Part shown: positions 45,286 to 55,868 of the stretch, in pieces
Layout: each line of letters opens with the position of its first letter
Numbering within the stretch: the stretch's first letter is position 1
Source: Minisyncoccota bacterium
GTDB lineage: Bacteria; Patescibacteriota; Minisyncoccia; Minisyncoccales; GWA2-38-27
DNA: 64,000 bases
Direction: 5' to 3'
Assembly: GCA_028687715.1 (NCBI GenBank)
Contig: JAQTZP010000001.1
Location: forward strand, 39,876 to 103,875
Made by a program: the position numbers and the translations under genes
Notes under the pieces: generated by a model
Database searches by the model: none
The model's input: the letters and a program-made list of their open reading frames with translations, nothing else
Told to the model about the DNA's origin: nothing

Positions 45286-46686
45286 TTATTTCTTATTCAG
45301 CTTTGGTCCTTGTTCAGTGTCTTCAATTATATAACCTAATTCTTCTATTTTCTTTCTTATCTCATCAGCTTTCTCCCAATTTCTTTCTTTTCTGCATCTT
45401 TCTCTTTGACTTAGGAGTTTTTTAATAAAGTAAGCAGGTTTTTCTTCTTTTATTTTATTAAAATCAATAATTTCAAATACCTTATTTATCTCTTTGAAAA
45501 ATTCAAATGTCTTTTTGGATTCCTTTTTAGAAATCAAGTTTTTATCAATCATAATATTTAACTTTCTTATAAAAGCGAATAAAGAGGCTAAGGCTTCAGG
45601 GGTGTTAAAATCATCGTCTAGATTGCTGTAGAATTCTTCTTTAGTCTTTTTAAATAATCCATTAAATTCTTTGCAGTTCTTAACGTAAGAGATTTTTATA
45701 CTTTTTAGCTTCTTTAGAAACTCTTCAATCTTTTTAAGAGCTGAATTTGATTCGTTTATTGATTTTTCAGAATAATCAAAAGGAGAGCGCCATAGATTTT
45801 TTAGAACTAAAAATCTTAATTCTGTATACGAATGCCTTTTGAAAAAATCTCCTATGGTTATAAAGTTATTCAGCGATTTAGACATCTTTTTCCCCTCAAT
45901 TGTTAGAAATCCTGTGTGCATCCAGTACTTTACCATAGGTGATTTATTTGAAACAGCTTCCATCTGGGCTATTTCTGCTTCGTGATGGGGAAATATAAGG
46001 TCATAGGCTCCTCCATGAATATCGTATTGAGAACCGAAGTATTTCTCGGTGATTGCCGTATCTTCAATATGCCAGCCAGGCCGTCCTTCTCCCCAGGGAC
46101 TTTTCCATTTAGGCTCTCCTTCCTTTGAAAACTTCCATAGGCAGAAATCTCCTTTGTTTTTTTTATCCTTATTGTCATCAATCCTTGAAACCGCATCATA
46201 ACTATCAGAGACTTTTCTTTTTGAGAGCTTTCCGTAACTTTTAAACTTAGAAATATCGTAATAGATTCCGTCTTTTATCCTGTATCCGTATCCTTTTTCA
46301 ATAAGCCTATTTATCTGGCTTATTATCTCTTTGATATAGTCTGTGGCTTTGGCGTATTTATCTACGCTGTTAATCTTTAAGTTTTTCATATCTTTTAGAT
46401 ATTCTTTTTCAAAAAACAGAGAAAGTTCTTTTGGCGAGACTTTTTTCTCTTTTGCTCTGATAATTATTTTATCATCTATGTCAGTGATATTCTGAAGATA
46501 GAAAACCTTAAATCCCTTGTGTTTTAAATATTTTACAAAAGCGTCAAAGATAATATAGGTTCTGGCGTGGCCTATATGGGAAAAATCGTAAGTAGTAGGC
46601 CCGCAGACAAAAAGCCTTGCCTTTTTCCCTTTCTCCAGCTTAAAGATTTCTTTTTTCCTGCTTATGGTGTTATATATCTTAAGCAT
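45286..46686 (-). CDS. cysS: Cysteinyl-tRNA synthetase
   Basis: HIGHARTY and KMSKSLNN class I signatures; CGPTTYD. Confidence 0.9.
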   Translation of the reverse strand: MLKIYNTISRKKEIFKLEKGKKARLFVCGPTTYDFSHIGHARTYIIFDAFVKYLKHKGFKVFYLQNITDIDDKIIIRAKEKKVSPKELSLFFEKEYLKDMKNLKINSVDKYAKATDYIKEIISQINRLIEKGYGYRIKDGIYYDISKFKSYGKLSKRKVSDSYDAVSRIDDNKDKKNKGDFCLWKFSKEGEPKWKSPWGEGRPGWHIEDTAITEKYFGSQYDIHGGAYDLIFPHHEAEIAQMEAVSNKSPMVKYWMHTGFLTIEGKKMSKSLNNFITIGDFFKRHSYTELRFLVLKNLWRSPFDYSEKSINESNSALKKIEEFLKKLKSIKISYVKNCKEFNGLFKKTKEEFYSNLDDDFNTPEALASLFAFIRKLNIMIDKNLISKKESKKTFEFFKEINKVFEIIDFNKIKEEKPAYFIKKLLSQRERCRKERNWEKADEIRKKIEELGYIIEDTEQGPKLNKK

Positions 46687-46784
46687 AATGGATATTAACT
46701 CATTTTAGCATAATTTAAATCTTTTCAAAGACTTTCCTTTATGTTAGGATTAAGAAATCATTAACTTTTAAAATAATAAAAACT

Positions 46785-47393
46785 ATGAAGAAATCTGATA
46801 TTGTCATATCTTTTTTAATAGGCGAGATAGTTGCTTTATACTTTATAAGCTTTTTGAAAGACATTCCTTTTTTCCAAACAGGCATAACAGCCCTTGTCCT
46901 AAAGAGCCTTCCAATTGTTTTTCCTCTGCTTAGCGTTTTCTGTCTTTGGATAGCCTATTTGATAGGGAAGAAGATATTATTTGTGTTCCAGCTTGCCAAA
47001 TTCTGTTTAATAGGAGCTCTAGCAACTATTTTTGACCTTGGAACTTTAGCTCTTTTTATCTCACTGACAAGCACTGCTTCAGGATTAGGATACTCATTCT
47101 TTAAAGGAGTTTCTTTTATCATAGCTACTATAGCTAAATATTTTGCAGACAAGTTTTGGGCTTTTGAAAAAAAGGAAACTCACAATATGACAAAAGAGTT
47201 CACTCAATTCTTTATAGTTACAATAATCGGTCTTGCTATTAATGTCGGTGCTGCCTCTTTTATAGTAAACCAGATAGGGCCTCAATTCGGCCTGCCGTCT
47301 AATGCCTGGGCTAATATAGGGGGCATAGGAGCAGTTTTTATAACCTTTATCTGGAACTTTATAGGTTATAAATTTATTGTATTTAAGAAATAA
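46785..47393 (+). CDS. GtrA-like membrane protein
   Basis: Four to five TM helices and KYFADKFWAFEKK / NFIGYKFIVFKK GtrA-type motifs. Confidence 0.65.
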   Translation: MKKSDIVISFLIGEIVALYFISFLKDIPFFQTGITALVLKSLPIVFPLLSVFCLWIAYLIGKKILFVFQLAKFCLIGALATIFDLGTLALFISLTSTASGLGYSFFKGVSFIIATIAKYFADKFWAFEKKETHNMTKEFTQFFIVTIIGLAINVGAASFIVNQIGPQFGLPSNAWANIGGIGAVFITFIWNFIGYKFIVFKK

Positions 47394-47396
47394 CTT

Positions 47397-48515
47397 ATGG
47401 GTAATTTAGTCCTATACCGCAAATACAGGCCCCAGACCTTTAAAGAGATTGTAGGCCAGGAGCATGTTGTTAAAACCCTAACCAACGCCCTGAAGCACAA
47501 GCTGATTTCTCATGCCTATATCTTTTCAGGGCCGAGAGGGAGCGGGAAAACAACGCTTGCCAGGATAATGGCAAAGTCTGTTAACTGCGAAAACAGAAAA
47601 GATCAAGAATTTGAACCCTGCAACAAATGCTCTTCCTGCTCGGAGATTATAACCGGCAGGTCTCTTGATTTAATAGAGATTGACGCTGCTTCCCACAGAG
47701 GGATTGATGAGATAAGAGAATTAAGGGAAGGCATCAGGTTTTCTCCCGTAAAATCAAAATACAAAGTCTTTATAATAGACGAGTCTCATCAGCTGACTAA
47801 AGAAGCAGCGAATGCTCTGCTTAAGACATTGGAAGAGCCTCCTTCCCACGCTATTTTTATTTTAGCCACAACAGAAATTCATAAGATGATTCCAACAATA
47901 ATATCAAGATGCCAGAGGTTTGATTTCAGAAAATTGAAGTTAGAAGAGATAGTAAGCCGTCTTGAGTTTATTGCCAAAAAAGAAAAAGCAAGGATTGAGA
48001 GGTCGGCTCTTGAACTTATAGCCCTAAATTCAGGCGGGGCTGTAAGAGACGCGGAAAGCTTATTAGACCAGACTCTTGCCTTTAGCGGAGCTTTAACAGA
48101 CTCTCAAGCAATAAAATCAGAGGATATAAAGGATTTGTTGGGAATAGCCGATACTAGCGTTATAAGTCAATTTACAGATTTTTTAATTGATAAAAATTCA
48201 AAAGAGGCTGTTAGATTCTTAAATGATAATTTTGAGAAAGGGAAAGATCCCCAGGAGTTTATAAAGTATCTGATAAATTATCTTAGGCAGATTATAATAT
48301 CAAAGATTAATCCTGAATTTGTAAACCCAATAATTTTAGGATTAACAAAAGAAGAGCGTGAAAAACTTCAATTTCAGGCAGAGAGGTTTGAAACTAAAGA
48401 GCTTCATTACGCCTTAAATCTTTTTATGGAAGCAGAGAACAAGATGAAGTATTCCTCAATACCGCAGCTTCCTTTGGAATTAGCTATTATTGACATTACA
48501 ATTAAAGAATCGTAA
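47397..48515 (+). CDS. dnaX: DNA polymerase III gamma/tau subunit
   Basis: LYRKYRPQTF, GPRGSGKTT, zinc module CENRKDQEFEPCNKCSSC, IIDESHQLT, SRCQRF. Confidence 0.9.
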   Translation: MGNLVLYRKYRPQTFKEIVGQEHVVKTLTNALKHKLISHAYIFSGPRGSGKTTLARIMAKSVNCENRKDQEFEPCNKCSSCSEIITGRSLDLIEIDAASHRGIDEIRELREGIRFSPVKSKYKVFIIDESHQLTKEAANALLKTLEEPPSHAIFILATTEIHKMIPTIISRCQRFDFRKLKLEEIVSRLEFIAKKEKARIERSALELIALNSGGAVRDAESLLDQTLAFSGALTDSQAIKSEDIKDLLGIADTSVISQFTDFLIDKNSKEAVRFLNDNFEKGKDPQEFIKYLINYLRQIIISKINPEFVNPIILGLTKEEREKLQFQAERFETKELHYALNLFMEAENKMKYSSIPQLPLELAIIDITIKES

Positions 48516-48526
48516 GAATATCTTAT

Positions 48527-48597
48527 TGCCGGGTCGTCTAATGGTAGGACATCACCCTTTGGAGGTGACTATCTTGGTTCGAATCCAAGCCCGGCAG
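48527..48597 (+). tRNA. tRNA-Gln (anticodon TTG)
   Basis: Acceptor TGCCGGG/CCCGGCA; anticodon stem TCACC/GGTGA with loop CTTTGGA; T arm CTTGGTTCGAATCCAAG. Confidence 0.85.
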
Positions 48598-49143
48598 CAA
48601 AGTTAGAGTGCAATCTGAGAAACCGAGATTTTTATTCAAACTGTGGTGTTGTCTCCGAGTAATCCAAAGAAATATTCTATATTGTTAAAAAATTAAAACT
48701 AAAGGTTTAAAAGAAAAACCCAGCATGGACGAACCATACAAGGGTTTTTTTCGTAGTAATCATCTTCATTATAGCAAAACATAAAAATGTATCAATAGTA
48801 TGTTGCCGAAAGGATAGATTAGCAAGGTTTATGAATATTATTTTACAGAATCTCGATTTAGGAATGAAGCGATTCGTGCTTTTGAAGAATTTTTTGACTG
48901 TTCAGATTTGCGTGAAAAGGGGACTGTAAACGTAAAAACTGATCCCGTTAGAGCGACCGAATTTTATTTATAATAAAGAAGTGATAAAATTTAAAAGAGA
49001 GAGGAAATAGAAATCGCTAAGCAAGCGATTTTTTAGTTATAATGATTCGGGTATTGACAGCCTATAGTTATGGGTGTATATTCATAATAGATGGTCAATT
49101 CAAAGGTCGGGCTGTCTGTTAAATAATAATAATCTATAAAAAT

Positions 49144-49383
49144 ATGCCAAGACGAAATGGAACTGGGCCTTTGGGAATGGGAGCTGGCACCGGCTGGGGC
49201 TTAGGTCCCTGCGGAATGGGTTTTAGGCGGGGATTTGGTGGTGGCTTCGGCAGACTCTGGAGATTTGGTTATCAAGTGCCGCCAAAAGAAGAAAAGCAAA
49301 TGTTAGAAGAAGAAGCTAAGATTCTGGAAGATGATTTAAAAGCAGTCAAAGAGCGTCTTTCTGAACTTAAGGCCCAAAAATAA
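49144..49383 (+). CDS. DUF5320-like Gly-rich small protein
   Basis: MPRRNGTGPLGMGAGTGWGLGPCG...coiled tail. Classic partner of DUF134 genes (from memory). Confidence 0.55.
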   Translation: MPRRNGTGPLGMGAGTGWGLGPCGMGFRRGFGGGFGRLWRFGYQVPPKEEKQMLEEEAKILEDDLKAVKERLSELKAQK

Positions 49384-49478
49384 AGAAGGCTTAAGAGCCC
49401 AGCCCTTCTTTTCAGGAGGGCTGGGGGAGCCTTCTTATTTAAACAATATCAGTTAATTTAGGTTATTTCAATAGATTT

Positions 49479-49757
49479 ATGCCAAGACCAAGACTCTACA
49501 GAAGAATACAATTTAATCCTAATGTTACCTACTTTAAGCCTCAGGGAGTGCCGATGAGGAATCTTGAAATTGTGGAGTTAACTACTGAAGAAGTAGAAGC
49601 TTTGAGATTGAGGAACATAAATGGCTTGGAGCAGGAAGAGGCTGCCAAGAAGATGAATACTTCGCAGAGCACTTATCAGAGGATTTTATCTTCTGCTTAT
49701 AAAAAAATAAGTGAAGCTTTAATAGAAGGAAAGGCTATTAGGATTATAAAGAGGTAA
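49479..49757 (+). CDS. DUF134/UPF0251 family HTH protein
   Basis: MPRPRLYRRI...YFKPQGVP...LTTEEVEALRLRNINGLEQEEAAKKMNTSQSTYQRIL. Confidence 0.65.
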   Translation: MPRPRLYRRIQFNPNVTYFKPQGVPMRNLEIVELTTEEVEALRLRNINGLEQEEAAKKMNTSQSTYQRILSSAYKKISEALIEGKAIRIIKR

Positions 49758-49852
49758 TTATTGAAATTTGTTTGTATTCAGGCGATTTAGTTTCAGTTTT
49801 TTTCTTTTTATAGTAAGATATATTAAAGATAGAATAATCTTAAACCTACTTT

Positions 49853-50704
49853 ATGTCTAAATTATTAAACCGAGGAGTATCTACAGCTTTAGCAATAGGG
49901 ATTATTGCTGTTTTAGCTGTCGTATTTTTAATAAGCCTAATAGCTTATGAATATTATATCCAGCAAAAAGATAATATTATTGAAGAGGAGACAGCTGATT
50001 TTTCATCTTTAGATAAAGATGAACTGCTTGGGAAGCTTTTTCCAAATCTTTCTTTTGAAAACGGAACAGCTGATTTATCGGATAAAATAGATTATCCGCT
50101 TAATCTCTATCTAAAAGATTCAATAGAAGACTATTTCATAGATTCCAGTCAAAAAAATCTGCTTCTTGTTGCGAATCTTGATGGAGTTGCTCACGCAGGG
50201 GGATTATACCATGCCTATTTGGGATTGTTTGACAAAGACGGAAATCTTTTAACCCCGAGCTCTCCTTTCCCAAGTGTTAATTATGACAATCCTTATGGAG
50301 ATGATTATTATGATTTCTTTTTAGATGAAGCCCAGTTTTCAGCAGATGAAGGGGGGTTTGGGTTTTACGATTGCAAGGGGATAAAATACATCTTATTTAT
50401 TTCTCACGGATGCCCTAATGGAACCTGCTGCAATGGAGGGGCGAGATTGTTTAGGATAAATAATGGCGCATTTGAAGATGTTCAGACTATTGATAATGAT
50501 TCTTTGGTTGAGATAAATAACGGCGTTTTATCAAAAGTTATTCCATTTACAGATGCTGCTGCTAGTGATTCTTATGCTTTCAGGTTAACATTATCCGATG
50601 ATAAAATTCTAGTTAAAAGAGTACCTACAATCTCTAATACAGGCTGTCCTGAAAGCAATTATAAAGAGTTAAAATGGAATAAAGACAGCTGTATGTTTGA
50701 ATGA
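49853..50704 (+). CDS. Hypothetical secreted/anchored protein
   Basis: N-terminal TM/signal segment; no recognised motif. Confidence 0.4.
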   Translation: MSKLLNRGVSTALAIGIIAVLAVVFLISLIAYEYYIQQKDNIIEEETADFSSLDKDELLGKLFPNLSFENGTADLSDKIDYPLNLYLKDSIEDYFIDSSQKNLLLVANLDGVAHAGGLYHAYLGLFDKDGNLLTPSSPFPSVNYDNPYGDDYYDFFLDEAQFSADEGGFGFYDCKGIKYILFISHGCPNGTCCNGGARLFRINNGAFEDVQTIDNDSLVEINNGVLSKVIPFTDAAASDSYAFRLTLSDDKILVKRVPTISNTGCPESNYKELKWNKDSCMFE

Positions 50705-50796
50705 TTATTTGTTATAAGATAATTAATAAAACAGGGGTTTTCAACAGCCCTGTTTTAATTTGTAAAATAGTTTAAAAAATACTACAATAGCATATT

Positions 50797-51492
50797 ATGG
50801 ATTTACAGCCTAATTTAGGCAAGAATTTAACTATTGAAGTTTCTGGCAAAAAATACGCCAGATATCCGATAAGAACACACCTGATTACTCCAAGCGATAA
50901 AGATTTGGCGGAAATAGTTAAAAAATACGCATATAATTATCTTAAAAAAGGAGATATTGTTTTTATTGGCGAGAAGGTTGTTTCAATCATCCAGGGCAGA
51001 GCTTATCCTATAGATGCTGTAAAGCCTTCAAAATTAGCTCAGTTTTTAGTTCGCTTTGTCAGTAAGACTCCTGTTGGAATAGGATTAGGCTCTCCTCAAA
51101 CAATGCAGCTTGCAATTGAAGAAGTAGGCGTTTTAAGAATCCTTGTAGCTTCTTTTTTCGCAGCCCTTACAAAGCCTTTTGGCATAAAGGGAATGTTCTA
51201 CATTATAGCCGGCAATAAAGCCAGAGGCATTGACGGAGCAGTTGAATACGCTATTCCTCCATATAATAGTTATGTAAGCAAGATACCTAAAGAACCCCAG
51301 AAAACAGCCCAGATGATAAGCGAAAAGATTAGCTATCCAGTGGCAATTGTTGATGTCTGCGACAGGGGTTCAAGGGTCTTGGGAGCAAGCAGGGGAGTGA
51401 ATAAAAGGCTTGTTGCCAGATGTCTTAGGGATAATCCATTGTGTCAGTCATCAGAACAGACCCCAATAGGAATAATCAGAGAATTGGATTAG
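50797..51492 (+). CDS. CofE-like (F420-0:gamma-glutamyl ligase fold) protein
   Basis: PIRTHLITPSDKDLAEIV...KGDIVFIGEKVVSIIQGRAY resembles the CofE N-terminal pattern. Confidence 0.4.
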   Translation: MDLQPNLGKNLTIEVSGKKYARYPIRTHLITPSDKDLAEIVKKYAYNYLKKGDIVFIGEKVVSIIQGRAYPIDAVKPSKLAQFLVRFVSKTPVGIGLGSPQTMQLAIEEVGVLRILVASFFAALTKPFGIKGMFYIIAGNKARGIDGAVEYAIPPYNSYVSKIPKEPQKTAQMISEKISYPVAIVDVCDRGSRVLGASRGVNKRLVARCLRDNPLCQSSEQTPIGIIRELD

Positions 51493-51495
51493 GTT

Positions 51496-53157
51496 ATGAT
51501 TAAAAGAGTTTTAAACGGCCAATTCCTTAATACCCAGACAGAAAATATTACTAAAGCCTCATTTATCTTGGGAGCTGCTTATCTTCTAAGCGGTGTTTTG
51601 GGCCTTGTAAGGGACGGGCTTTTAGCAGGCAGATTTGGAGCTGGTTCTGATTTGGATGTCTACTATGCGGCATTTAGAATTCCAGACTTTATTTCAATGG
51701 TTTTAATAATGGGTTCTATTTCTGCTGCCATTATTCCTATTTTCAGCGAGTATCTGGTCCGTTCTAAAGAAGAAGCCTGGAAGTTCTTCTCAAACCTGTT
51801 AAACCTGTTTTTATTCTCTTTGATAATAATATGCCTTATTTTGATTGTCTTTACGCCCCAGCTTATCTCTCTAATAGTGCCTGGGTTTTCTGCGGCTCAG
51901 AAAGAAACAGCTGTTTTTTTAACAAGGATTATGTTTTTAAGCCCCATTCTTTTGGGGATAAGCAATGTCATCTCCGGAGTTCTTTTGGTCTTTAAAAGGT
52001 TTTTAGTGACATCTTTAAGTCCTATTCTGTATAATCTTGGCATAATAATAGGCATTTTATTCTTTGTTCCTAAATTAGGAGTAAAAGGTCTTGGATGGGG
52101 AGTGGTTTTAGGAGGGGCTCTCCATCTTTTAATTCAACTGCCTGTTCTTTTTTCTTTGGGATTTAAAGTTAATAGGATATTTAATTTCTCAGAACCAGGA
52201 TTTTTAAAAACTATAAAGCTCACTATTCCCAGAGCCTTTGGTTTGGCAGTCTCCCAGATAAACCTAATTGCAGTCACAGTAATCGGTTCAACTCTTGCAG
52301 CAGGAAGCATCGCTGTTTTTAATTTTGCCAATAACTTTCAAGGCCTGCCTATAACCTTTATCGCTGTTTCTTTCTCCACTGCTGCTTTTCCTTTTTTAGC
52401 CCAATATTATTCCCAGAAGAATAGAGAAAAGCTTGTTGAAGAGTTTTCTAATGTATTCAGGCAGATTCTTTTTCTGATAATCCCTTTAAGCGTCCTGATA
52501 TTTGTTCTAAGGGCTCAGATAGTCAGGATAATTTTAGGCAGGGGCAAGTTCGGCTGGTTTGACACCCGTCTTACAGCAGCTTGTTTGGGAGTCTTTGCTT
52601 TAAGCATTTTTGCCTACGGTCTTTCTCTTTTAATCTCTAAGACGTTCTATGCTTTTCAAAATACCAAGATACCGGCAATAATAAGCTCTTTTTGCGTGTT
52701 TTTAAATATAGGGTTATCTATTCTGTTTGTTTGGCTTTCGAGCTTTGAAAACATATTTAGGATATATGTTGTTGATTTCCTTGACCTTGGAGGCCTAAAA
52801 GACATCTCTGTTGTCGGACTGCCTTTGGCATTTTCGCTGTCAGGCATAGTTCAGTTTATTCTGCTTTTGTTTTTTCTATACAAAAAGATAGGGGATTTTA
52901 AATCAAAAGAGATATTTGATTTTTTCATCAGGATATTTTTAGCAGGACTGCTCATGGGAATTGCTTCATACATTACGCTTTATTATATAAGCGGTTTCGT
53001 GAATATGCAGACATTTATCGGACTTTTCATCCAAGCAGGCTCTGCCGGTTTCTTAGGTATCATCGTCTATATCCTTTTTTCGCTATTAATAGACTTAAAA
53101 GATTTAAGAACTATTACTTTTTCTATTTTTAAGAAGTTTAGAAGAAATGGACAATAA
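51496..53157 (+). CDS. murJ: Lipid II flippase MurJ (MviN)
   Basis: About 14 TM helices. N-terminal LLSGVLGLVRDGLLAGRFGAGSDLDVYYAAFRIPDF is typical of MurJ. Confidence 0.8.
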   Translation: MIKRVLNGQFLNTQTENITKASFILGAAYLLSGVLGLVRDGLLAGRFGAGSDLDVYYAAFRIPDFISMVLIMGSISAAIIPIFSEYLVRSKEEAWKFFSNLLNLFLFSLIIICLILIVFTPQLISLIVPGFSAAQKETAVFLTRIMFLSPILLGISNVISGVLLVFKRFLVTSLSPILYNLGIIIGILFFVPKLGVKGLGWGVVLGGALHLLIQLPVLFSLGFKVNRIFNFSEPGFLKTIKLTIPRAFGLAVSQINLIAVTVIGSTLAAGSIAVFNFANNFQGLPITFIAVSFSTAAFPFLAQYYSQKNREKLVEEFSNVFRQILFLIIPLSVLIFVLRAQIVRIILGRGKFGWFDTRLTAACLGVFALSIFAYGLSLLISKTFYAFQNTKIPAIISSFCVFLNIGLSILFVWLSSFENIFRIYVVDFLDLGGLKDISVVGLPLAFSLSGIVQFILLLFFLYKKIGDFKSKEIFDFFIRIFLAGLLMGIASYITLYYISGFVNMQTFIGLFIQAGSAGFLGIIVYILFSLLIDLKDLRTITFSIFKKFRRNGQ

Positions 53158-54952
53158 AGAGATTAGAAATTTCGTTATTATCAGCCATATAGACCACGGA
53201 AAATCCACTTTAGCTGACAGATTCTTAGAATTAACAGGGGCAATCTCAAAAGATAAGATGAAGCCCCAGTTTTTAGATATGATGGATTTAGAAAGAGAAA
53301 AGGGGATTACTATAAAGATGCAGCCGGTAAGGATGCTTGTCAAAGATGCCTCAGGCAGAGAAATTATTCTCAATCTTATTGATACCCCAGGCCATGTTGA
53401 TTTCTCCTACGAGGTTTCCCGGTCTTTAGCCGCAGTTGAAGGAGCGGTTCTTTTAGTTGATGCAACCAAAGGAATTCAAGCCCAGACTTTGGCTAATTTA
53501 GAGCTGGCTGAAAATCAGAACCTAACGATTATTCCAGTGGTAAATAAAATAGATCTATCCCAGGCTCAGATTGAGAAAACAGAAAAAGAACTGGCCCAGC
53601 TTTTGAATATAGAAGCAGGAAAGATAGTAAAGATTTCTGCCAAGTCAGGCTTAAATGTGGAAAAGATACTTAATTTGATAATAACTGATATTGATGCGCC
53701 TGATAAAGATAATATCTATAAGCCTTTTAGAGCCCTTATATTCGATTCAGATTATGACCCGTATAAAGGAATAATCGCTTATGTCAGAGTAGTAGACGGA
53801 GAGATAAAATTAGGAGATAAAATAAGGCTGATGGCTCAGGAAGCAGAAGGGGATTCAAAAGAACTCGGGTATTTCACTCCTCAAATGTCTTCTGAGGATA
53901 GATTATCTGCTGGAGAAATAGGATATATTGCTACCGGCATCAAGGAACCTGATAAGATAAGAGTAGGCGATACGATAATTCTTTTAAAAGATAAAGATAA
54001 TCCTGAAGTTATTGCCCTGTCGGGGTATAAAGAGATAAGGCCTATGGTTTTTGCCAGTTTTTATCCAGAGAGCGCTGATGATTTTAATCTATTGAGGGAT
54101 TCGCTTAAGAAATTAAAACTCAATGACCCTTCTTTGACTTTTGAACCAGAAACAAAAGAGGCTTTGGGCAGAGGCTTCCGCTGCGGATTCTTGGGAACTC
54201 TCCATACCGAGATTATTTCTGAAAGGCTTAAAAGAGAATTTGGCTTAAATCTTGTTATTTCAAGCCCTTCGGTAGTTTATAGGGTAATTGATAACAAAGG
54301 ACAGGAAAAGTTCATCTATTCCGCTTCAAGCTGGCCTGAATCTTCTTTTATCAAAGAGTCTGAAGAGCCCTGGGTTTATTTAGAGGTTATAAGTCCTGTA
54401 AGCTATATCGGTTCTTTGAATGAGGTTTTAAAGAATCTAAGAGGAAGCTACATTGATACAAAGTATTTAGGCGAAGAAAAAGTCATACTATCTTATGAAG
54501 TTCCTTTAAGGGAGATTATTACAAACCTTTATGACAAGATAAAAAGCGCAACCCAGGGCTATGCTTCAATGAGCTATAAAGTGATTGATTACAGACCCAG
54601 CAATTTGGTTAAATTAGAGGTTCTAATTGCAGGTGAAAAAGAAGAGGCATTTTCAAAAATAGTAAGTGAAGAGCAATCCTATAAAGAAGCCAGAGCTTTG
54701 GTTTTAAAGATTAAAGAGTTTTTACCGAGCCAGCAGTTTTCTGTTTCAATCCAAGCTTTGGTTGGAGGAAAGATTATTGCCAGGGAAACTTTAAAGGCTC
54801 AGAGAAAAGATGTGACAGGATATTTATACGGAGGGGATTACACCCGAAAAAGGAAGCTTTTGGAAAAGCAGAAAAAAGGCAAGAAGAAATTAAAAGAAAT
54901 AGGGAAGATAAAAGTCCCTCCAAAAGTATTTTTAGAAGTTTTCAGAGGATAG
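53147..54952 (+). CDS. lepA: Elongation factor 4 (LepA)
   Basis: IRNFVIISHIDHGKSTLADR, DTPGHVDF, NKIDL, and a LepA-specific C-terminal region. Confidence 0.9.
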   Translation: MDNKEIRNFVIISHIDHGKSTLADRFLELTGAISKDKMKPQFLDMMDLEREKGITIKMQPVRMLVKDASGREIILNLIDTPGHVDFSYEVSRSLAAVEGAVLLVDATKGIQAQTLANLELAENQNLTIIPVVNKIDLSQAQIEKTEKELAQLLNIEAGKIVKISAKSGLNVEKILNLIITDIDAPDKDNIYKPFRALIFDSDYDPYKGIIAYVRVVDGEIKLGDKIRLMAQEAEGDSKELGYFTPQMSSEDRLSAGEIGYIATGIKEPDKIRVGDTIILLKDKDNPEVIALSGYKEIRPMVFASFYPESADDFNLLRDSLKKLKLNDPSLTFEPETKEALGRGFRCGFLGTLHTEIISERLKREFGLNLVISSPSVVYRVIDNKGQEKFIYSASSWPESSFIKESEEPWVYLEVISPVSYIGSLNEVLKNLRGSYIDTKYLGEEKVILSYEVPLREIITNLYDKIKSATQGYASMSYKVIDYRPSNLVKLEVLIAGEKEEAFSKIVSEEQSYKEARALVLKIKEFLPSQQFSVSIQALVGGKIIARETLKAQRKDVTGYLYGGDYTRKRKLLEKQKKGKKKLKEIGKIKVPPKVFLEVFRG

Positions 54953-55085
54953 CGCTGATGTTTTAAAATTGCCTTAAAAATGTTAAAATAAAGGCGCTAT
55001 AAGAAAAACAATCATTCCCAAGGTCACTATTGTTGCTGATACTATCCAGACTATTCTAATTAGTTTTTGATTCTTCATATTATCT

Positions 55086-55496
55086 ATGGTAGCAAAATTT
55101 AGAAAAATTAAAAAGAAGGGATTGAAAAAGAATTCTTCTTTTTCAATCCTTATAACCCTTATTCTAGTTTCAGCAATAGTTCTTTTGATAAATACAAACG
55201 TGAAGATAGGCAGTAAAAGGCAGGAGTTAATATCAAGAGCCAATTCTTTAAAAGAACAGATTGAAAACATAGAGGAGAAAAACAGCATTTTAAAAGAAAG
55301 TATTTCTCGGGCAGAAACTAATGATTATGTAGAAAAGATTGCCAGAGAGCAGCTTGGCATGAAAAAGCCAGGAGAAGAAGTAGTGGTTATAAATAAGGAA
55401 AAGAATGAAAAGGAATCTGTGGAATCAAAGAGCAGTCAAGTTAATAATTCATGGAGCTTTAAAGCAATCTGGGATTGGCTTAAAAGCAGGTTTTGA
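55086..55496 (+). CDS. Septum formation initiator (FtsB/DivIC family)
   Basis: TM helix plus coiled coil; YVEKIAREQLGMKKPGEEVVVI is the family-typical end. Confidence 0.6.
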   Translation: MVAKFRKIKKKGLKKNSSFSILITLILVSAIVLLINTNVKIGSKRQELISRANSLKEQIENIEEKNSILKESISRAETNDYVEKIAREQLGMKKPGEEVVVINKEKNEKESVESKSSQVNNSWSFKAIWDWLKSRF

Positions 55497-55504
55497 TTCA
55501 TTAT

Positions 55505-55578
55505 GCGAGGTTAGTATACTGGCATTATGCAACCTTCCCAAGGTTGAGAAGCGGGTTCGATTCCCGTACCTCGCTCCA
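55505..55578 (+). tRNA. tRNA-Gly (anticodon CCC), CCA encoded
   Basis: Acceptor GCGAGGT/ACCTCGC; anticodon stem CAACC/GGTTG with loop TTCCCAA; T arm GCGGGTTCGATTCCCGT. Confidence 0.8.
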
Positions 55579-55692
55579 CAATCAAACTTTTTTCGCTTTT
55601 CTTGAAATTTTTCGTGGCGGCGCTTTGCGCCGCCCGCGAAAATTTGGGAAAATTTCCAGAAAGTCAGATTATTGTGCGTTTATACAACCTCA

Positions 55693-55868
55693 CTCGAACT
55701 CATTTTATCAAAAATTCTTGAGAAAAACAATTGTCCCGCCCCGCTTGTGCGGGGCGGGACAGAAAACCCAAAAGTCGCTCGGGCGGGGCGGGAAGAAAAA
55801 GGGGTGTGGGGAAAATGAATTCCCGCCCCCGCCCTCGCTTTCTATGCGGGAAAAATTTATTTTTTAAA
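55693..55868 (-). repeat. Junction element copy A (two GC-rich hairpins, T-tract, promoter-like box); perfect inverted copy of 58231..58406
   Basis: Base-by-base comparison with the reverse complement of 58231-58406: 176/176 identical. Hairpin 1 is GTCCCGCCCCGC-TTGT-GCGGGGCGGGAC. Hairpin 2 is GGGCGGGGCGGGAA...TTCCCGCCCCCGCCC. Confidence 0.9.

Noticed and set aside
54983-55288. 101-aa minus-strand ORF overlapping the ftsB-like gene start
   Set aside because: It overlaps the plus-strand FtsB/DivIC-like gene, which has the family-typical C-terminal motif. It may be a small membrane peptide, but it has no supporting signal.
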